Part shown: positions 1-11,499 of the stretch, one piece after another
How positions within the stretch are numbered: the first letter of the stretch is position 1
Layout: the number at the start of each line of letters is the position of its first letter
DNA from: Chiloscyllium plagiosum
Taxonomy: Eukaryota
Assembly (NCBI RefSeq): GCF_004010195.1
Contig: NC_057749.1
Coordinates: forward strand, 14,663,429 to 14,727,428
Length of the DNA: 64,000 bases
Reading direction: 5' to 3'
Program-made: the position numbers and the translations under genes
The notes under the pieces: model-generated
What the model was told of the DNA's origin: nothing
The model's database searches: none
What the model saw: only the letters and a program-made list of their open reading frames with translations

Positions 1-130
1 CGCAGACACACACATGCACTCTTTCTCTCACACACAGACACACTCTCCCAATATCTCTCTCTCACTCACGCACACACACACCCACACACGCGCACACCTG
101 CACACGCACACGCACAGGCACATACACAGG
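1..130. repeat. Degenerate (CA)n/(CT)n microsatellite
   Basis: Interrupted cacaca/ctctct runs. Confidence 0.9.
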
Positions 131-148
131 TACAAATCTGTAGATCAA

Positions 149-1267
149 GGTCGCCTGGTGATATTATTGCCAGACTATTAATCCAAAAACTCAGGTCATG
201 TTCTAGGGACCTGGGTTTGAATCCTACCACTGCTGATGGTGGAATTTGAATTCAATTAAAACAAATCTGGAATTAAGAATCTGCTGATGACCATGAAACC
301 ATCGTCAATTGTTGGAAAAACCCATCTCGTTCACGAATGCCCTTCAGCAAAGGAAATCTGCTATTCTTACCTGGTCTGACCTACATATGACTCCAGACAC
401 ACAGCAATGTGGTTGACTCTCAATCACCCTCTACAATGGTCTAGCAAGCCACTCAGTTGTACCAATCACTACAAAGTCTCAAAGAAATGAAATTGGATCG
501 ATCATCTGACATCTACCTAGGCACTGGAAAAGACAACGGCAGAAACAGCCCTGTCACCCCTGCAAAATTCTCCTTATGAATATCTGGGGGCTAGTGCTAA
601 AATTGGGAGAGCTGTCTCACAGATCAATCAAGCAACAGCCTGACATAGTCATACCTTACAGACGACTCACCACATTAAACACAGCGGCTACAAGATCAGG
701 TCAGAGGCTGCAGTAAGTAACTCACCTCCTGACACCCCAAGGACTGTCCACCATTCACAAAGCACAAGCCAAGGATATGATGGAATTCTGCCCATTTGCC
801 TGAATGCAGGCCCAACAACACTCAAGAAGCTGACACCATCCAGGACAAAGCTTCCTGCTTGATTGGCATTGCATCCACAAGCATCCACTCCCTCCATCAC
901 CGATGCTCAGTAGCAGCAGTGTATACCATCTACAAGATGCACTGCAGAAATTCACCAAAGATCCTCAGCGAGCACCTTTCAACTCCACGACCACAAGGAC
1001 AAGGGCAGCAGATACATGGGAACACCACCATCTTCAAGTTCCCCTCCAAGCCGCTCGCCGTCCTGACTACCCGTTCCTTCACTGTCACTGGGTCAAAATC
1101 CTGGAATTCCGTCCCTAAGGGCATTGTGGGTCAACCAACAGCAGGTAGACCATAGTGGTTCAAGGAGACAGCTCACCCCCACCTTCTCAAGGGGCAACTA
1201 GGGGACTGGCATTAAATATTGGCCCAACCAGTGATGCCACATCCGACAAATGAGTAAACAAAAAAAA
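149..1267 (+). mobile_element. tRNA-headed CR1-group LINE, internally deleted copy (head, APE N-terminus, ORF2 C-terminus, tail)
   Basis: B-box-like GGTTTGAATCC at 214-224; APE start (NIWGLVLKLGELSHRSIKQQPDIVI) at ~579-653 jumps at ~665 to C-terminal ORF2 (DTIQDKASCLIG..HSLHHRCSVAAVYTIYKMHC); A-rich tail; colinear with the reverse copy at 43442-46477. Confidence 0.85.
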
Positions 1268-1928
1268 TGCACACATACATGTGCAAGCACTCATAATTTT
1301 GCAAATGCAAACACACAACCGTGCATAAAGAATCACTTTACACGCGCCTACTAAGCATGCTTACATACACTATTAATCATAACCACACACAATCATGCAC
1401 AAACACACACATACATGTACACATATAAATACACTATGATACACTTGCAGCTGGATGTTTATACAATCAGTGAACCATTGAGTCTCTTTGCCTGTGACAT
1501 TGGTCCCACAACCCGCTCTTTCCCCATAGCCCTGAAATTATTCTCTTTGAAAGTATGTATTCAATTCCCATTTGAAATTGAACCTTGCCCCTCCAGGTTA
1601 ACCATCTGATTTATTTTACCTTAACAAGATCATCGAGAGGCTCCTCACGTTCCTCTCCCTCACACAAATATGTTTATTAGAAGCTGTGCCTTTCTCAGTC
1701 CATCCCATTGGACCAAAACAAAATCTCTCCAAATGTTGAATCTGTTTATTATTAATAATAATACAGGCCAGAAGATTACAAGTTCTAACCCCAGCCTGTG
1801 CTGAATTAATTGATTTTTATTCTGGTTTGAGACAGGAATCACTCCTGCTGTGCTGGGCAGGGAATTCATATTAGCTACATTTATTAACTTTTTCAATAAA
1901 ATGTAAACACTGCAAATGCTGGAGTTTT

Positions 1929-2527
1929 GGGTGACACGGTGGCTCAGTGGTTAGCACTGCTGCCTCACAGCACAGGGATCCAGGTTCAATTCCACGCTCA
2001 GGCGACTGTGTGAAATTTGCACATTCTCCCCGTGTCTGCGTGGGTTCCCTTCAGGTGCTCCAGTTTCCTCCCACAATCCAAACATGAGCAGATTAGATTA
2101 GATTAGATTCCCTACAGTGTGAAAACAGGCCCTTCGGCCCAACAAGTCCACACCGATCCTCCGAAGAGTAACCCACCCCCCTCTGGTTAATGCACCTAAC
2201 ACTTTGGGCAATTTAGCATGGCCAATTCACCTGCCCTGCACATCTTTGGACTGTGGGAGGAAACCGGAGAAAACCCACGCAGACACAGGGAGAATGTGCA
2301 AACTCCACACAGACAGTTGCCCGAGGCTGGAATTGAACCTGGGACCCTGGTACTGTGAGGCAGCAGTGCTAACCACTGAGCTACCGTGAGCAGGTTAGGA
2401 TTAATTGGACATGGGAAATGCAGGGTTACAGGGATAAATGAAGGGGGTAGGTCTGGGTATGATGCTCTTTGCTGGGTCGGTGTGGACTCGATGGGCCAGA
2501 TGGTCTGCTTCCCCACTGTAAGGATTT
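1929..2527 (+). mobile_element. HE1 (V-SINE) interrupted by an antisense HE1
   Basis: tRNA head GGTGGCTCAGTGGTTAGCACTGCTGCCTCACAG, V-domain TTGCACATTCTCCCCGTGTCTGCGTGGG, CR1-like tail resumes at ~2388. Confidence 0.92.
2092..2387 (-). mobile_element. HE1 SINE nested in HE1
   Basis: (TTAGA)n tail on the left, reverse-complement head on the right; TSD-like TGAGCAG(A/G)TTAG at 2085-2096 and 2387-2398. Confidence 0.92.
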
Positions 2528-2611
2528 GAGTGATCATGATCCAAGGATGGAATCAAATTCCTCCAGGAACAGGGTTGGTGCTCAGGCCCCTGCTGACAAA
2601 CCTGAACCAAA

Positions 2612-3088
2612 GTCTTTTCAAAGTTATGAAGAAAGGCTGGATGGGCTGGGACTTTTTTCACTGGAGTGCAGGAGGTTGAGAGGTTTATAAAATCATGAGA
2701 TTGTATAGACAGGGTTAATGGTAGTTGTCTTTTCTCTAGGATGGAGGATTTCAAGACTAGGGGCACATTTTTAAGATTAGAGAGAAATTTAAAAAAGACA
2801 TGAGGGGCAATTGTTTTTTCACAGAGAGTGGTTTGAGTGTAGAATGAACTTCCTGAGGAAGTGGTGGATGTGGGTATAGTTCGAACGTTTAAAAGACACT
2901 TGGATAAGTACATGAATAGCTGAAAATGTGTTGCTGGAAAAGCGCAGCAGGTCAGGCAGCATCCAATAGGAAAGGTTTGGAGGGATATGGACCAGGAGCA
3001 GGCAGGTGGGACTAGTTTAGTGTGGGATTAAGGTCGGCATGGACTGGTTTGACCGAAGGGTCTGTTTCCATGCTGTATGACTCTATGA
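2612..3088 (+). mobile_element. HER1-type CR1 LINE 3' fragment
   Basis: SYEERLDGLGLFSLECRRLRG; tail GACCGAAGGGTCTGTTTCCATGCTGTATGACTCTATGAC. Confidence 0.9.
2920..2964. mobile_element. Penelope-derived family-1 arm remnant inserted in CR1
   Basis: CTGAAAATGTGTTGCTGGAAAAGCGCAGCAGGTCAGGCAGCATCC identical to the arms at 15835, 52106 and 55650; flanked by AATAG on both sides. Confidence 0.85.
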
Positions 3089-4119
3089 CCATCCTGGCTC
3101 CCATTATCAGGTCACAGGTTCTTTATCTCTTATCTGTTTTCTCTCTCTTTGTGGTTTTTACAAACTGTAGTGGTAAGCCTACATCTTTTTAATTGAAACA
3201 AAACCCAACTTCACGTCCCAATTGCTCCAGAGATGTGTAATAGTATTGCTGAACAAGCTGATCAGAAACTATGTAAGGTACATCTGTGTCACTGGGTATG
3301 GGATGAGAGGGTTAAGGCTAGGGAAGTCAAAAAACTCTTCACAGAAGAAAATATTGATTTCAATTTCTTTACTTGGCTTGAAACCAAAGGCAAATATGAA
3401 AGGAATGTTCAGTTGATGAGGCCGGTGCTAATGGAATGCGAATTATATTGTGCGATAACACATTGTTCAGTTAAGTAGTTAGAGCAGTTACAAGGACAGA
3501 CTGCTGGGAAGCTGAGGTTTTGGGAATTAGGAAGCAGACACAAGATGTGAACAAGCCCATTATGAAAAGAATAATCGTGTCTCCGTTCATATCGGTTTGT
3601 AATGGGTTGAAGGGATTCAGGGAACTTTACCTGAGCAGGACTTGCATGAAGAAAGAAAAAGGTTGGATATGAAATCTGTACAAAGCTATCCACCAAGTGT
3701 TATCCATCCTGTTTCTTGGGCTGTTCCAAATGCGTTCATGTTCTTTTTAATTATAGATGGCAAGAAATTAGTGGTGGTTTCTCTCCCTCCCATTTCCATC
3801 AGCTTTGTCAAATTAAAATATTCCTGTTCACGCTTTCTCATTGATGTTAATATCTGGCTGAATTCCAGTGATTCCATCAACAGCTTGTATTGCACAGTTA
3901 ATGATCTTCATGGTCCATGCAAAGTGCTCTCATTGTTTGGTTTTCTGTAATTGTGTCCTTGTTCCTTGTCTGTCACTTTAACCTACCAGGAAATTAGCAC
4001 AAAGGCACCTTATTTAGTTATCTGGTGGTGAATTTTCACTCACTTGTTTCTCGATCTAAAAATTCATAGATGCTCCACACCCTCGCCATTGTTTAAATCA
4101 AGATCCATCACCCCATGTT

Positions 4120-4446
4120 CCTCTGATAGTACTATTATTGCTGCACTGTTAATCCAGAGACCCAGATAATGTTCTGGGTTCGAATCCTGCCATGGCAGAT
4201 GGTGGAATTTGAAATCAATAAAATATCTGGAATTAAGAGTCTAATGATGACCATGGACCTAGTGTTGAATATTGACAAAACTGGTTCACTAATGTTTTTC
4301 AGGGAAGAAAACTGCCATCCTTACCTGGTCTGTCCTACAGATACCTCCAGACCCACATGTGGTTGCCTCTTAACTGCCCTCTGGGCAATTAGGGATGGGT
4401 AATAAATATTGGCCTGATCAGAGATGCCCTCAGTGAATGAATGAAC
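4120..4446 (+). mobile_element. Short SINE derivative of the tRNA-headed LINE (head joined to tail)
   Basis: GGTTCGAATCC B box, shared body, junction GCCCTCTG|GGCAATTAGGGATGGG, GAATGAATGAA end. Confidence 0.85.
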
Positions 4447-4448
4447 AA

Positions 4449-4722
4449 GTACAGTGGCTCAGTGGTTAGCACTACTGCCTCACAGCACCAGGGTCCCAGG
4501 TTCGATTCCAGCCTCAGGTGACTGTCTGGGTGGAGCTTGCACATTCACCCCGTGTCTGCGTGGGTTTCCTTTGGATGCTCCGGTTTCCTCCCTCAGTCCA
4601 AAGATGTGCAGGTCAGGTGAATTGGCCATGCTAAATTGTCCATTGTGCTAGAGGGGTTACTCTTCAGAGGGTAGGTGAGGACTTGTTGGGCCGAAGGGCC
4701 TGTTTCCACGCTGTAGAGAATC
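4449..4722 (+). mobile_element. HE1 SINE
   Basis: Head, V-domain and GGGCCGAAGGGCCTGTTTCCAC tail. Confidence 0.92.
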
Positions 4723-4814
4723 CAAAAAACAGTAATTAAGTGGTTCTCAAACTTCGGTGATTCATAGACCATATTTCATCTTTAAAGGTTGCTTCATTCC
4801 TGTCGAAGTGTCTG

Positions 4815-5010
4815 ACTTGGCCACCCTTTATAGTCCATCCCTAATTTGCTTGAGAAATTACTTCAGTTCCTGGGGTTAGAGACAGGCACAGTGCTGTTTG
4901 GGAGGGAGTTTCAGGATTCTGACCCAAAGACACTGAAGGCATGGTAATGTATTTCCAAGTCAGGACAGTGAGTGGCTTGGAGCTGGTGGTAACTCCTTGA
5001 ATCTTCCCAT
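4815..5010 (-). mobile_element. 3' fragment of the tRNA-headed LINE family
   Basis: Similar to 43480-43700 (TATTTCCAAGTCAGGAC, GGGAGGGAGTTTCAGGATT). Confidence 0.7.
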
Positions 5011-5091
5011 CCCAGTCCCATCATTAACCTCCACGTTTAGCAAATTGGTCGTTTAGCATTATTGCTAGAAGGATATTCTGTCAATGCATTG

Positions 5092-5443
5092 CCATGCTGC
5101 CTCACAGTGCCAGGGACCCGGGTTTGATTCCCACCTCGGGCAACTGTCTGTGTGAAGTTTGCACAGTCTCCCCGTGTCTGCGTGGGTTTACTCTGGGTGC
5201 TCCGGTTTCTTCCCACAATCCCAAAGGGAGGTGGGTTGGCCATGCTGAATTGCCATAGTGTTCAGAAATGTGTAGGTTAGATGCATTAGTCTGATGTAAA
5301 TATAGGGTAGGGGAATGGGTCTGGGTGGATTACTCTTCAGAGGATTTGCTGGGCCGCGGGGATTCTATTCCATGATTACTCTTCAGAGGATCAGTGTGGA
5401 TGTTTTGGGCCGAAGGGCTCGTTTCCACACTGCAGGAATTCTA
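5092..5443 (+). mobile_element. HE1 SINE with a small internal tail duplication
   Basis: V-domain; GATTACTCTTCAGAGGAT occurs twice (~5328 and ~5374). Confidence 0.88.
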
Positions 5444-5964
5444 TCCCATGATTATTTTAAAATACCTTTGTCTGGAACACTCATCTAAAGGAACCAGGTG
5501 TTTATAAAAACGGTGGTTACAGTCTTTGTAAACACGAGTGGTTTGGCTAAGTTTGGCTAAGTTTGAGAGGAGCACATTGATCCATGCTGGTATTTTGCAC
5601 ATTTCTCCACCCTCCCGCCCTAGGAGCAACATTTTCAGAGCTATGTAGGTTGTTCAAGAGCCAACATAGGTCTGATGGACTGAATGGCCTACTTCTGCAC
5701 TGCGAGGTGTGATGATCGTGTTACTCCCTTTTATCTGAACCGCCTAGACTTCTCCTGCAAATTCTAGCTACGATGCAGAGATGTGTGCAAGGCCTGCAAG
5801 CTGTTTGGTGCCTGTCAGTCCCACCATACTGAGCTCTGAGTCCAAAGGTTCAGGCCTCCATCAGAGCACTGGCTGACATTCCCAGTGTATTATTACACCT
5901 GTGCTCAAGTAATTAGAAATGCCGTCTTTTGGATGAAATGTCAAACATTTTAAAAGGGAAGTTG

Positions 5965-6296
5965 TGGGACGATGGTTCAGTGGTTAGCACTGCTGCATCA
6001 CAGCACTGGGGACCCGGGTTCGATTCCAGCCTCAGGTGACTGTCTGTGGAGTTTGCACATTCTCCCTGTGTCTGTGTGGGTTTTCTCCCACAGCCTAGTG
6101 ATGTCTGGGTTAGGTGGATTGGTCATAGGAAATTACCTATGTCCAGGGATGTGTAGGCTAAGTGGATTGGCTATAGGAAGTGCAGAGTTACAGGGATAAG
6201 GGAGGGGGGGGTGGGTTTGGCTGTGATGCTGTTTGGAGGGTCAGTGTGGACTTGATGGGCTGAATGGTCTGCTTCCCCTCTGTAGGGACTCAATGA
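5965..6296 (+). mobile_element. HE1 SINE
   Basis: Head GGTTCAGTGGTTAGCACTGCTG, B box GGTTCGATTCC, V-domain, tail. Confidence 0.9.
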
Positions 6297-6427
6297 CCTT
6301 TGGAAGAAGAGTCAAAACATTAACTCTATTTCTCTTTCTGTCAGACTGGTTATGTTTTTATTTCCAATATCCGTTATCTGCAGTATTTTACTTTCATGCC
6401 AGAGATTATGAAGGAACATTATGGTGA

Positions 6428-6556
6428 TGTGAAGAAGGGTCTGGTCTCAAAACGCTAACTCTGTTTCTCTCTCCACAGATGCTGCCAGATTTGCTGGGTT
6501 TCTCCAGCACTCTCTTGTTTTTGGTTTTCTCGCATTTGCAGTTCTTTGTTTTATTT
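6428..6556 (+). mobile_element. Penelope-derived family-2 end fragment
   Basis: TGAAGAAGGGTC..AAACGCTAACTCTGTTTCTCTCTCCACAGATGCTGCCAG; degenerate hammerhead-like core; same family as 26120, 48470 and 61130. Confidence 0.7.
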
Positions 6557-6569
6557 TAGCATTTATGAA

Positions 6570-6930
6570 AGAGTTTGCATTTATTTAGCACCTTTCACAA
6601 CCTCAGGACATCCCAGTGCCTGTTTCAGCCAATGAAGCACTTTCTGAAATGTGGTTACAGAGCGGGGAGCATTGCAGCCAAGTTGCACACAGGAAGCTCC
6701 TAAAGAAAACAATGTGGTCACGTATTCGTAACTGGATGTGGGTTGAGGGATAGGAATTGGCTAGGACTCCATGAAAAGCTGCCGGGGTCTTCTTCACAAT
6801 ATTGATTGTGGAGGTCTTTTATACCCACTGGAGACGGCTGGAGTGATCTCGTAATGACTTATTTGAATGACACCTCCGATAGCGCTGGACTCACTCATCA
6901 AAGCGGTGCTGGAATTATCAGCCTGGACTG
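6570..6930 (-). mobile_element. DeuSINE-like element (SacSINE/AmnSINE-related)
   Basis: Reverse of the Deu-domain/tail (TTGCATTTATTTAGCACCTTTCACAACCTCAGGACATCCC...GCAGCCAAGTTGCACAC). Confidence 0.75.
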
Positions 6931-7071
6931 CAACTGTTTGTTGGCATATTCCCATGTGTAGAAAGAGTCATTCCTACCATGTGGACAAGACTCACAGCTT
7001 GATCAGACCGGACACTTCCCAGTCACATTGGTCAGCCAGTTGAGTTTTTGGAACAATCATTATCCGTTATA

Positions 7072-7256
7072 AGAGTCATATAGCTTGGAAACAGACCTTT
7101 TGGTCCAACTGTCCATGCCATCCTGGTTTCCCAAGCTAAACTCGTCCTACTTGTCTGCATTTGGCCCCTATCCCTCTAAACCTTTCCTATTTATGTCTTT
7201 TAAATGTTGTAACTATACTTGCATCTACCACTTCCTCTGGCAGTTCATTCCACATA
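7072..7256 (-). mobile_element. HER1-type CR1 3' fragment
   Basis: WNELPEEVVDA on the minus strand; GAAACAGACC tail. Confidence 0.85.
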
Positions 7257-7636
7257 CAAAACAAATGGCAGCAATTTATCAAGGCTCCTTCAACAGTACC
7301 TTCAAACCCATGATCTCTATCACTCAGGAGAACGAGGGTATCAATGTTTGGGATCACCATCACCTTCATGTCTGTCTCCATGTCACTCACTACCCACCCT
7401 TCCTTTGCATTAATCTCGTGATTTACTGAATTCACTTTTGTCACCTGCCTGTCATTTAGTGAGAATCCAAAAGGTACACACTAGACCACAACGCTACCCC
7501 TTATCAGGTGTGAGGCTGCTCATGGTGCGAGTCTCTCGGGACTCCCCACAGAGTCTCGGGACTCCCTTACTTAAGTCTTCATTTGGCTTGTAAAAGTCAA
7601 GAGTTTTTTTTATCGACGTAGTCCTCTTATAAGGGG

Positions 7637-7763
7637 GAGAAAGTGAGGACTGCAGATGCTGGAGATCAGTCAGAAAGTGTGGCACTGGAAAAGCACAGCC
7701 GGTCAGGCAGCATCCGAGGAACAGGAGGGTCATCGTTGTGAGCATAAGCTCATCATTCCTGAT
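7637..7763 (-). mobile_element. Penelope-derived family-1 end fragment
   Basis: GAGAAAGTGAGGACTGCAGATGCTGGAGATC is the reverse complement of the 34-nt tail, followed by the arm. Confidence 0.8.
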
Positions 7764-9339
7764 CCAAACCATTAGTCAGATATCACAATATCTCATTGTG
7801 GCCCGGTGAGGAAGTTTTATTTTGATAATACTCCTTTAGCGCTGTTAAAGAAGCTATCTAAATGCAAGTCATTGTTGCTTCTGTAATGCTTGAGTGTGGA
7901 GTTGTCCAGTGCTCATCTCAGTAACAGAGAAGCAAGTCTTGGATCACTAGGAGGTTGGTTCTGCACAGCAGGGTACAACCTTACCCCATAGACCAAAATG
8001 CTGGATGAAAATTCAAAGTTTGGCACAGGCCAAGGGGTAGATTTATCCTTGAGATTCTGAGGGTCTGTAGGATCCACCATTAACCTTCAATAAAGGGCAA
8101 GTGTGCAGCTGGCAGTGTGCAGTGGGAAAACATACCAAGCCTGAAGCAGCAATGCTTGATTTAAAGTTCATATCACAATGGTGTGATCTATTAAGCATTT
8201 TATCATTGGAATTCTTCACAAGTGTCACATATCTGTATTAGCACAAGGGAGACAGAGCTGGCGATGAGCTATATCTGACAGTCACTTGATGATGTGAGCA
8301 GTAATGACAGATTATGAGCTCAATTGTACCCTGCCGCAAAAACAGATCATGGCAAAGTGATTAAATATAAAACTTGTCATTTGTTCAATTAACTGAAGCC
8401 TGCTGTGAGATAAATATTGAGGACAGGGAATTTGCTTGGGTCTTGTTGTCAGAGGGAGATATTTAATGCTGAGACAATTGCACCAATTTTGTGTGATGAA
8501 AAATACTAAGGGTGTGGGAGGTTTCTAATGAGGGCAGATGGTTTTAATCATTCCCTCGGTTGTCTGATTAACTAAGAAGCTAAAAAGGAAAGCTGCTAAT
8601 GGCCTGGCATATCTGGTGAATGGCAGTGAAGCTGAAATTGACAGCGACTTCTGGACACTGCACATGTGCAGCACATTTCGGAAATCCAAAAGGTGTTGCT
8701 GGTCACTCTCTGTTTTCCCACAAGGTGCGTTGTTGAGACAGCCCATACTGCAGTCACTGACCTGAATAAAACTTCCACTCTATAGTTGTTTGTCTCCCTG
8801 TAAGAGCGTTGGTTGAGCAGCGTACAACAGAAAGCTAAGTCATAATTACCCCTAAACAACCTCTCTGTTCCCGAAAACAAAATAGTTTCGTAGTTGCAAC
8901 ACGTCAGCATTTTCTAATACAGGTGAAAATACACATTCATTGAAAATAGGAGTTAAATATTAGTTTCCATTTTAATACCAACTTGACCATTTACTCCACT
9001 ATCTGAAAATTCAAAATAAAGACATTTACTGCCTTTAATTTCCTGGTTTGCTGTTGGTGCGAATACTTTACTGTGATTGGCTGCTTAACAGTGTGGCGAG
9101 ATAATGGCTGCAGTACATCTGTTTGACTTAAATTGACATTGGAACCTGTTGTTCAATGCTTTGTTGTGTTAGAGCTTCATAGAGCTTGTTTTGTTAGAGC
9201 TGTTACTGTTAAAATGTAACAGTCATTTTATAATCACTGTTACAAAACAATGGGTCCAGTGTTAGAGCTCAGGACAATTGCTCAATCAGCTTCATGATGC
9301 AAGGCAATCATTTGGTGTTTTATGATTTAAATGTCCTTC

Positions 9340-9620
9340 ATTAGTGGAGTGGGTGGCATTCTTGTCCCTGAGTCAGAATGTTCGAAGTTCTCAGATGCCC
9401 CTCCAGAGATACCAGGCAAAAGTCCTCAGCCGGTGCAGTGCTGAGGGAGTGCTACACAGTTGGAGTACCATCTTTATTTAAATGAAAGCCCTGTCCTCTC
9501 TCTCAGACAGAGGTTAACAATCAACGGGGGCGGTGTGGTGGGGGCGGGAGTCCCTGGTGTCCTGGCAATATTTATCCTTCACCCAATGATCATTATCTCT
9601 GCTGTTTGTGGGATCTGGTC
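9340..9620 (+). mobile_element. DeuSINE-like element, partial
   Basis: GTGCAGTGCTGAGGGAGTGCTACAC...GGTGTCCTGGCAATATTTATCC. Confidence 0.75.
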
Positions 9621-9717
9621 AATTATCCACTGGATTTCCCCATGTTACAGCAATGATTGTCCATCAGAAAGCCCTTCAGTGAGCTTATGGAAAGGGCGGT
9701 GTCTGCCCTGATTGCCA

Positions 9718-9736
9718 GTGCTGCCACCTTGTGGCA
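9718..9736 (-). promoter_or_regulatory. CTCF-like motif
   Basis: Minus strand TGCCACAAGGTGGCAGCAC, close to the CCASYAGRKGGCRS core. Confidence 0.55.
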
Positions 9737-9835
9737 TGTACCACCTCTACCAGTGTGTGGTACAGAATCCCTACAGTGTGGAAGCAAGCCATTCAGCCCA
9801 TTGAGTTCACAACAACCCTCCAAAGAGCGACTCCC

Positions 9836-9922
9836 CTGACAAAGGAGGAGAGCTTTGGAATCTTGTGATTTCAAATAAACCTGTTGGACCTGGTTTTGCT
9901 GCTGTTGTGTGACTTCTGACGA
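9836..9922 (+). mobile_element. Penelope-derived family-3 end fragment
   Basis: AAATAAACCTGTTGGAC...GTTGTGTGACTTCTGAC shared with 47980 and 52320. Confidence 0.7.
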
Positions 9923-9940
9923 GGTACAAGAGTAGAGTTT

Positions 9941-10455
9941 GGGTAGCATGGTGGCTCAGTGGTTAGCACTGCTGCCTCACAGCATCAGGGACCTGGGTTC
10001 AATTCCAGCCTCAGGTGACTGTCTGTGTGGAGTTTGCACATTCTCCCCATGTTTTTGTGGGTTTCCTCCTACAATCCAAAGAAAAAGAGACCTAAGGGGC
10101 AACTTTTTCACACAGAGGGTGGTGCGTGTGTGGAATGAGCTGCCAGAGGAAGTGGTGGAGGCTGGTACAATTACAACATTTAAAAGGCATCTAGACGGGT
10201 GTATGAATAGGAAGGCTGGATGAGTTGTACCAAAGGTTCTGTTTCCATGCTGTACATCTCTATGACTCTATGTGCAGGTTAAGTGAATTGGCCATGCTAG
10301 CGTAGTGTTCAGGGATGTGGAGGTTAGGTGCACTAGTCAGGGGAAATGTAGAATAATAGTGTAGGGGAACGATTCTGGGTGGGTTACTCTTAGGAGGGTC
10401 AGTGTGGACTTGTTGAGCTGAAGGGCCTGTTTCCACACTGTAGGGATTCTATGAT
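9941..10455 (+). mobile_element. HE1 SINE interrupted by a HER1 CR1 3' end (10081-10271)
   Basis: HE1 breaks at CCAAAGA|TGTGCAGG; the insert encodes RDLRGNFFTQRVVRVWNELPEEVVEA and ends CTCTATGACTCTA. Confidence 0.9.
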
Positions 10456-10469
10456 GCAGCAAAACATGT

Positions 10470-10780
10470 ACTCAGATAGAAAGTTTTGCTTTAGCTCTTA
10501 TTTTCCTAACTTATACAATGTATATCTGTAATGTAGTGTAACTCTTTTTTATTTTGTCTACTTTTTTGAGCTTAAGATTTATACATCATACTTTGTACCT
10601 AACATAACACTGTGTGTTGGCGACATTGTGGACTTTTTACTGTGCTCCTGTACTTTTGTAACTTGAGTACACGTGACAATAAAGTTCAATCTAACAGCGT
10701 TGCCACACACGGCACCATCTTAGGTACAAAGTCCCGAGGTATAAGGCCTAAGGGTAAATCAGAAGAAGTCGCATGTTTTC
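10470..10780. mobile_element. Two tail-to-tail fragments of a Rex1/Babar-tailed non-autonomous element
   Basis: Tail TTTTACTGTG..GTACACGTGACAATAAA; CTTTGTACCTAA (10592) is inverted as TTAGGTACAAAG (10720). Confidence 0.55.
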
Positions 10781-10782
10781 TT

Positions 10783-11100
10783 TTAGATTAGATTAGATTA
10801 CTTACAGTGTGGAAACAGGCCCTTCGGCCCAACAAGTCCACACTGACTCACCGAAGCGCAACCCACCTATACCCCTACATTTATCCCTTACCTAACACTA
10901 CGGGCAATTTAGTATGGCCAATTCACCTGACCCGCACATCTTTGTGACTGTGGGAGGAAACCGGAGCACCCGGAGGAAACCCACGCAGACACGGGGAGAA
11001 CATACAAACTCCACACAGTCAGTCGCCTGAGGCGGGAATTGAACCCGGGTCTCTGGCGCTGTGAGGCAGCAGTGCTAACCACTGTGCTACCATGCCGCCC
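10783..11100 (-). mobile_element. Full-length, well-preserved HE1 SINE
   Basis: (TTAGA)n tail, intact V-domain, CpG-retaining head ending CCATGCCGCCC. Confidence 0.95.
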
Positions 11101-11499
11101 GCAGCATGCATGGTTGCATTTCCCACAATGCAGCTGCCAGTCCCCACAATCTCAGCACAGTGCGATCAGTGTGATTGGATACAGTTCTGAGACACCAGCC
11201 TGCAGCGGGGTGGCACCTGGTTCATTCTTGGGTTTTAGGACAACGAGCAGGTCCTTTAAGCCCCTGCCTCGGAGCCAGGAAGTTCAAGGCCCACTTGCTC
11301 CTGAGGTGTGTGTGATAAACATCTCTCAGCAGATTGATTAGAAAATATACCAAGCTACAACCCCGAGCTCACTGTGATGGGCAGAGAATAGGTTAACATT
11401 CCCAGTATTAGAGACTGTCCATTTAGAACTAAGATGAAGCGAAATTTTCTCATTTGGAGCACTGAACATTTTTAAGTTTCCCTAATCTCCTAAAAGCTC

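Noticed and set aside
3120..3180. Strong pyrimidine tract followed by TAG-TG-GTAAG
   Set aside because: Would imply a 2-nt exon, which cannot be supported without transcript data.
3642..3950. Overlapping ORFs in unique DNA
   Set aside because: No recognisable protein similarity and no convincing splice-site pair.
4738..4790. hAT-like terminus GTGGTTCTCAAACT (similar at ~43300)
   Set aside because: No partner inverted terminus or 8-bp TSD found.
10783..11100. tRNA genes (A/B boxes in many places)
   Set aside because: All the tRNA-like segments I found continue into SINE bodies, and none forms a stand-alone cloverleaf with a terminator.
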